This document shows positions 59,145 through 64,000 of a stretch of DNA of 64,000 nt, one piece after another. The position numbers were made by a program, and so were the translations under genes. Position 1 is the first letter of the stretch. Each line of letters begins with the position of its first letter. Source of the stretch: Gammaproteobacteria bacterium (GTDB lineage: Bacteria; Pseudomonadota; Gammaproteobacteria; Burkholderiales; SG8-41); contig JBGPFE010000019.1 of the NCBI GenBank assembly GCA_041483135.1, positions 171 to 64,170 of the forward strand. Reading direction: 5' to 3'. The notes beneath the pieces are model-generated. The model ran no database searches. It worked only from the letters and a program-made list of their open reading frames with translations, and had not been told where the DNA came from.

Positions 59145-59252
59145 TTCGCGGCGCTTCCCCGGGACATGATCAATGCGCCGCCGCGCCCGCGGGACGCATC
59201 GGTTCAAGCAAGCCGGGTTGCGCCATGCGGGCGGGCGCCGCGCGTTTCGGGG

Positions 59253-60242
59253 CTAATCGGCGCTGATGTGGGCCGCGTTGGCGACCTTGGTGTATTTCGC
59301 CAACTCCAATTTGAACAGCGCCGCGGCTTCCTCGGGGCTGTTGCCGACCACGTCCGCCCCCAGCGATGCCATCCGCTCCTTGACGTCCGGCAACGCCAGC
59401 GCCTTGAGCATCTCCCGATTGAGCAGGATGACGAGCTCGCGCGGCGTCTTCGCCGGCACCACCGCGCCGTACCACGTGCTCATCGCGTAGCCTGGCACGC
59501 CGGATTCCGCGATGGTCGGCACGTCGGGCAGCACCGCCAGTCGTTTATCCATGGTGACGGCGATCGCGCGCACGCGGCCCGACTGGATGTGCGGCATGAT
59601 CGGCGGCGCCGTATTGAAGGCCGCCATGACCTGCCCGCCGACGAGATCGATCGCCAGCGGCCCGCCCCCCTTGTAGGGAATCGGGAGCATGTCGGTCTTG
59701 GTCATCATCTTGAACATCTCGCCCGCGAAATGCTCGGGGCTGCCGACGCCTGAAGTCGCGTACGTAAGTGCGCCGGGTCTGGCCTTGGCCAGCGCGATGA
59801 ACTCCTTGACCGTCTTCGCCGGCAGCGACGGGTGCACGCAGAGGACATTGGGCACATTGGAAACCACCGTGATCGGCGCGAAATCGCGTTCGATGTCGTA
59901 GCCGAGGTTTTTGTAAACCGGCTTGCTCATGATGTGCGCCACCGACATGAACAGTATGGTGTAGCCGTCGGCGGGCGCGTCGGCGGCGAGCTTGGCGGCG
60001 ATGTTGGCGTTGGCGCCCGGCCGGTTTTCGACGACGAACTGCTGCTTCAATGACTCGGACACCTTGGCGCCGACGGCGCGCGCCATGATGTCGGTGCCGC
60101 CGCCCGGCGCGAAGCCGACGATAATGCGAACGGGTTTGTTCGGATACTGTTGCGCGAGCGCGGGTGTCGAAATAAGCAGCGCTCCCGCGGCCATCAGCAT
60201 TGCTGCCAGCGTCAGCGCAAATTTGCGCGTTGCGCGTTTCAT
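59253..60242 (-). CDS. Bug/TctC-family tripartite tricarboxylate transporter substrate-binding protein
   Basis: QQYPNKPVRIIVGFAPGGGTDIMAR hallmark N-terminus. Confidence 0.92.
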   Translation of the reverse strand: MKRATRKFALTLAAMLMAAGALLISTPALAQQYPNKPVRIIVGFAPGGGTDIMARAVGAKVSESLKQQFVVENRPGANANIAAKLAADAPADGYTILFMSVAHIMSKPVYKNLGYDIERDFAPITVVSNVPNVLCVHPSLPAKTVKEFIALAKARPGALTYATSGVGSPEHFAGEMFKMMTKTDMLPIPYKGGGPLAIDLVGGQVMAAFNTAPPIMPHIQSGRVRAIAVTMDKRLAVLPDVPTIAESGVPGYAMSTWYGAVVPAKTPRELVILLNREMLKALALPDVKERMASLGADVVGNSPEEAAALFKLELAKYTKVANAAHISAD

Positions 60243-60395
60243 CGGTCTCCTCCTCGCGATTTATTGTGGTGTTGTCGCACCTTAAAGCGGGCCATGGCAG
60301 GTGTCAACAACAGTCATCTCTAAGTCACATGCTTTGACTGTTTTCGCGACCGCATGCTACTGTCGAGACTCACCAACGCGCATCCGATTGCCACC

Positions 60396-61481
60396 ATGAA
60401 CCTGCTCGTGCTGCCCGGCGACGACATCGGGCCCGAAATTACCGCGGCTGCGATGAGCGTGCTGCAACGCGCCGATGCCATTTTCTCGCTCGGCCTGCGC
60501 TTCGAGACGCGGGAAGTCGGCATGGCGAGCCACCGCCGCGCCGGCACCACGCTGCCGGAAGCGGTGGTCGAAGCGGCGCTCGCCGCCGACGGCGTCGTTC
60601 TCGGCCCCTGCGGCATGACCGAGTATCCGCCGCTCGAAGCGGGCGGAGTCAACGTTCCCGGCACGCTGCGCAAGCGCCTCGACCTCTACGCCAACCTGCG
60701 CCCGGCGCGCAGCCGCGAGAGCCTGCGCAATGCACGCCCCGGGCTCGACTGCCTCGTCGCGCGCGAGAACACCGAGGGGTTTTATGCCGACCGCAACATG
60801 TTCCTGGGCAGCGCGGAATTCATGCCGACCGAGGACTGCGCGCTGTCGGTGCGCAAGATCACCGCCAAGGCCTCGCGCCGCATCGCGCAAGTCGCTTTCG
60901 AGCATGCGCGCAGGCGCCGCAAGCAGGTGACGGCGGTCGGCAAGCGCCACGTGCTGCAATTGGGCGACGGCATCTTCATGCGCGAAGCGGCGGCAGTGGC
61001 GAAAAACTTTCCAGACGTCGCGTGGCGTGAAATGGACGTCGACGCAATGGCGGCGGATCTTTACACGCGCCCGGAGCGCCACGACGTGATCCTGATCACC
61101 AATATGTTCGGCGACATTCTGTCCAACGCGGCATCGGCGATGGCCGGCGGCCTCGGGCTTGCGGCAGCGCTCAATGCAGGCGACCAGCACGCCGCGGCCA
61201 ATGCCGCGCACGGATCGGCGCCCGACATCGCGGGCCGCGACGTGGCCAACCCGGCTTCGCTGATTCTTTCGTCGGCGATGCTGCTCGAATGGCTCGGCAC
61301 GCGGCACCAGCGCGCCAACCTTGTCACCGCGGCGCAGGCCATCGAGGGCGCGATCGATGCGTGCCTTGCCGACCCCGGCACGCGCACAATCGACGTCGGC
61401 GGCAGCCTCGGCACGCGCGCGTTCGGTGCCGCGGCCGTCGGCCGTCTCGAGAAAAGCGCGAACAAGCTCGCCGCGGCGTAA
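60396..61481 (+). CDS. isocitrate/isopropylmalate dehydrogenase family oxidoreductase (tartrate-dehydrogenase-like)
   Basis: MNLLVLPGDDIGPEI, LRKRLDLYANLRP, VARENTEGFY, NMFGDILSN. Confidence 0.9.
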   Translation: MNLLVLPGDDIGPEITAAAMSVLQRADAIFSLGLRFETREVGMASHRRAGTTLPEAVVEAALAADGVVLGPCGMTEYPPLEAGGVNVPGTLRKRLDLYANLRPARSRESLRNARPGLDCLVARENTEGFYADRNMFLGSAEFMPTEDCALSVRKITAKASRRIAQVAFEHARRRRKQVTAVGKRHVLQLGDGIFMREAAAVAKNFPDVAWREMDVDAMAADLYTRPERHDVILITNMFGDILSNAASAMAGGLGLAAALNAGDQHAAANAAHGSAPDIAGRDVANPASLILSSAMLLEWLGTRHQRANLVTAAQAIEGAIDACLADPGTRTIDVGGSLGTRAFGAAAVGRLEKSANKLAAA

Positions 61482-61539
61482 ATTGCCGCAACCCCGCAAA
61501 AAAAGCGGCGCCGGGCGCGGCGGCGCCCGCTGCAGTTAA

Positions 61540-62209
61540 AATGACACCGATGAAGAAACCCCGTATCGCATTGATCCACGCGTTGCCGGTCGCGATCGAG
61601 CCGATCTGCAACTCCTTCAAGCGGCTGTGGCCGCAGGCCCAGGTCACCAATCTGCTCGAAGACTCGCTGGCCGCCGACCTCGCCGCCGCCGGCAAGCTCG
61701 ATCAAGCCATGGTCAAGCGTTTCTGCGTGCTCGCGCAATACGCCGAGTCGTGCGGCGCCGACGCGATCCTGTTCACGTGCTCGGCATTCGGGCCGGCCAT
61801 CGAAGCGGCGCGCGCAGCGGTCAAAATCCCGGTGCTGAAACCGAACGAGGCGATGATGGAGGAAGCGCTCGCGACCGGCAGCAACATCAACCTGCTGGCG
61901 ACGTTCGAGCCGAGCATTCCGTCGATGCTGCAGGAACTGGAGGAACTTGCCACCCGGCGTGGGCAAAAGCTCAAGATAGCGACCAAAGCGGTTCCCGCTG
62001 CGCTCACCGCGCTGCATGCCGGGCGCGGCACCGAGCACGACCAGTTGATCGCCGCGGCAGCCGAAGAACTCGGCGACTGCGACGCGCTGCTCTTGTGCCA
62101 GTTTTCGATGGCGAGCGCAGCCGAGCGCATACCGGCGCGCCGCGGCAGAAGCGTGTTCACGAGTCCCTACTCGGCGGTCGCACGGCTCAAGCAGTTGCTG
62201 CAGGCATAG
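61540..62209 (+). CDS. Asp/Glu/hydantoin racemase-superfamily protein (arylmalonate decarboxylase / maleate isomerase-like)
   Basis: RIALIHALPVAIEP...ADAILFTCSAFG...; start trimmed to MTPMKK. Confidence 0.8.
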
Positions 62210-62233
62210 CCAAAAAATCCGACGGAGGAAAAG

Positions 62234-63394
62234 ATGAAAACCAAATTGCGGTTAGTCGTTGCGTTAGCGTTATCGATGTTTGCTGCCGTCGCGGCGGCGC
62301 AGCAGTATCCGGCGAAGCCGGTGCGTTTTGTCGTGCCGTTTGTAGAAGGCGGGGGCCCCGGATCTCGGCGAAGGGGTTGCTTTTGGGGCGGAGACGGGGC
62401 ACGGCCGCCGGAATTGTGGCACGGCTTTCGGCGACGTCTTGCAATCGCGCTGCTCGTTTCTGCATCTTTCGCTGCGATGCCAGTGATCGCGCAAACTTAT
62501 CCGTCGAAACCGGTACGTTTTGTCGTTCCCTTTGTGGCAGGCGGCCCCACCGATATCCAGGGCCGCATGCTCGGCGAGAAGCTCGCGCAGCGGCTCGGCC
62601 AGCAGTTCATCATCGACAACCGCGGCGGCGCCAACGGCAACATCGGCATGGAACTCGTCGCCAAGGCGCCGCCCGACGGTTACACCATCGTGATCGCGAC
62701 CGTCGGCACCTGGGCCGTCAACCCGAGCCTATACAAGCAAATGCCCTACGACCCGGTGCGGGATTTCGCGCCCATCATGCAGGTCTCGAGTTCGCCCGGC
62801 GTGCTGGTCGTGCACCCATCGGTGCCGGTCAAGGGCGTGAAGGAATTGATCGCGCTCGCCAAAGCGAAACCGGGCAAGCTCGACTACGGCTCGTCGGGCG
62901 TCGGCGGCTTCGGCCATATCTCTGGCGCACTGTTCTGCCTGATGACCAAAACGGAAATGGTGCACATCCCGTACAAGAGCTCGGCGCCGTCGCTGACCGA
63001 CCTGATCGCGGGCCAGATCCAGGTGCTGTTCAACAACGCGATCTCGACAGTGCCGTTCATCAAAGCGGGACAGGTGCGCGCGCTCGCGGTGACGAGCCTG
63101 AAGCGCATGCCGGCGTTGCCCGAGCTGCCGAGCATCGATGAAGCCGGCGTCAAAGGCTACGACAACTCGTCGTGGTCGGCGGTCGCCGCGCCCGCCGGCA
63201 CGCCAAAGGAAATCATCGCGAAGTTGAACGGCGAGCTCAACGCGATCATGAAGCTTCCCGATATCCAGGAACGAAGCGGCGCGGTCGGCGCCGTCATCAT
63301 CGGCGGCACGCCCGAGCAATTCGGCAATTATCTGAAATCTGAAATCGCGAAGTTCGCGCGCGTGGTGAAGGAAGCGAAGATCAGCGCGCAGTAG
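62234..63394 (+). CDS. Bug/TctC-family binding protein carrying an in-frame duplicated leader and N-terminus
   Basis: First leader plus QQYPAKPVRFVVPFVEGG, ~40 aa of non-Bug sequence, then a second leader plus QTYPSKPVRFVVPFVAGGPTDIQGR and a complete Bug body. GGAGGA Shine-Dalgarno before 62234; an in-frame TTG at 62414 is an alternative start. Confidence 0.85.
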   Translation: MKTKLRLVVALALSMFAAVAAAQQYPAKPVRFVVPFVEGGGPGSRRRGCFWGGDGARPPELWHGFRRRLAIALLVSASFAAMPVIAQTYPSKPVRFVVPFVAGGPTDIQGRMLGEKLAQRLGQQFIIDNRGGANGNIGMELVAKAPPDGYTIVIATVGTWAVNPSLYKQMPYDPVRDFAPIMQVSSSPGVLVVHPSVPVKGVKELIALAKAKPGKLDYGSSGVGGFGHISGALFCLMTKTEMVHIPYKSSAPSLTDLIAGQIQVLFNNAISTVPFIKAGQVRALAVTSLKRMPALPELPSIDEAGVKGYDNSSWSAVAAPAGTPKEIIAKLNGELNAIMKLPDIQERSGAVGAVIIGGTPEQFGNYLKSEIAKFARVVKEAKISAQ

Positions 63395-63461
63395 CAACCA
63401 CCAGCAACCGCCGATGAACGCAGATAAGAGCAATAACAGAAGCGGTAACCGGTGACGAGAA

Positions 63462-63704
63462 TCAGAGTTTCCGCAAGCTTTCTTCTCCAAGGCTGTTCGC
63501 ATGCCCGAAATGCGAACCATAGTTCTCCTGGACAAAGGTTGCAATCGTGTCGCGATATTCAGGCAAAATATCATTGCCTCTGTCGGTATGCATGATCAGG
63601 AAGATCGCATGCGAAACGACCCACACTACACCGCCAAACAACCCCAGAGCGATAAGTGGTTCGAACATGATCGCCTCCTCTGCCAGCAGCGAGACTATCG
63701 CCAT
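63462..63704 (-). CDS. hypothetical small membrane protein
   Basis: MFEPLIALGLFGGVVWVVSHAIFLI hydrophobic segment; lies in a low-GC (~47%) tail of the window. Confidence 0.3.
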   Translation of the reverse strand: MAIVSLLAEEAIMFEPLIALGLFGGVVWVVSHAIFLIMHTDRGNDILPEYRDTIATFVQENYGSHFGHANSLGEESLRKL

Positions 63705-63815
63705 GACGCCAGACTAAGCCTGACAGGGTCTTGATGATAATGAACCATGCCACTAAAAACCAGTGACATATTCACACTCGGGGGTTCCCCTGTTAGGACC
63801 AGGGTCTCTCTCAAA

Positions 63816-63922
63816 GGGTCAGAGCCGAAATATCCTGAGGCGTGGATTGAGGCAAGGATCGTTGATAAGCGGAGAGAGCCAGGAACCTATGAACAGGTGG
63901 AAAAGTATTTCGGCTCTGACCC
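63816..63922. repeat. 17-bp perfect inverted repeat GGGTCAGAGCCGAAATA / TATTTCGGCTCTGACCC separated by 73 bp
   Basis: Arms at 63816-63832 and 63906-63922. Confidence 0.6.
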
Positions 63923-64000
63923 CTTGCGGCCGCCGCATGATGAGTAGACTTGTCACACCATGCAGAGCTTGGGCGTGTTGAACTTTGTCCTGGATGCCTT

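Noticed and set aside
61497-61535. GC-rich hairpin after the IDH-like gene as an intrinsic terminator.
   Set aside because: The stem is imperfect with a bulge and is not followed by a T-tract. The next gene starts 5 nt later, so read-through is more likely.
63747-63947. 66-aa plus-strand ORF in the right-edge region.
   Set aside because: It spans both arms of the 17-bp inverted repeat, so the ORF is more likely a by-product of a structured non-coding element.

Overview
64-kb, high-GC (~65%) bacterial chromosomal segment. The gene order looks betaproteobacterial (inference only): alaS / recX-recA / pncC-pgpA-thiL / nusB-ribH-ribBA-ribE-ribD-nrdR-glyA, divergent pmbA-yjgA, and several Bug/TctC binding proteins. 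The left third holds housekeeping genes plus a TRAP transporter. The rest holds transport and catabolic modules: NitT/TauT-type and Liv-type ABC systems, glutathione-dependent formaldehyde detoxification (frmA-gfa-fghA), a PrpD-like/deacetylase/amidase operon, two class III CoA-transferases, a Rieske oxygenase with a LysR regulator, a ThDP enzyme-OCD-methyltransferase-dehydrogenase row, and an IDH-like dehydrogenase with an Asp/Glu-racemase-like gene and Bug genes. There is also a small accessory-looking patch: an exported TPR-CHAT protease, vapBC, a membrane Mrr-like nuclease and a small alarmone hydrolase. No rRNA, tRNA, CRISPR array, transposase or integrase was recognised. The most unusual signal is non-coding. 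Almost every longer intergenic gap holds a palindromic element whose arms are tandem 7-nt (sometimes 10-nt) repeats. Several sequence families share this architecture, they abut or overlap the stop codons of at least 10 genes, and one family shows a compensatory change in its core stem. I did not find a clear-cut novel multi-gene system; the best candidates are flagged with their uncertainty. All protein calls rest on motifs I recognise in the supplied translations, since no database search was possible.
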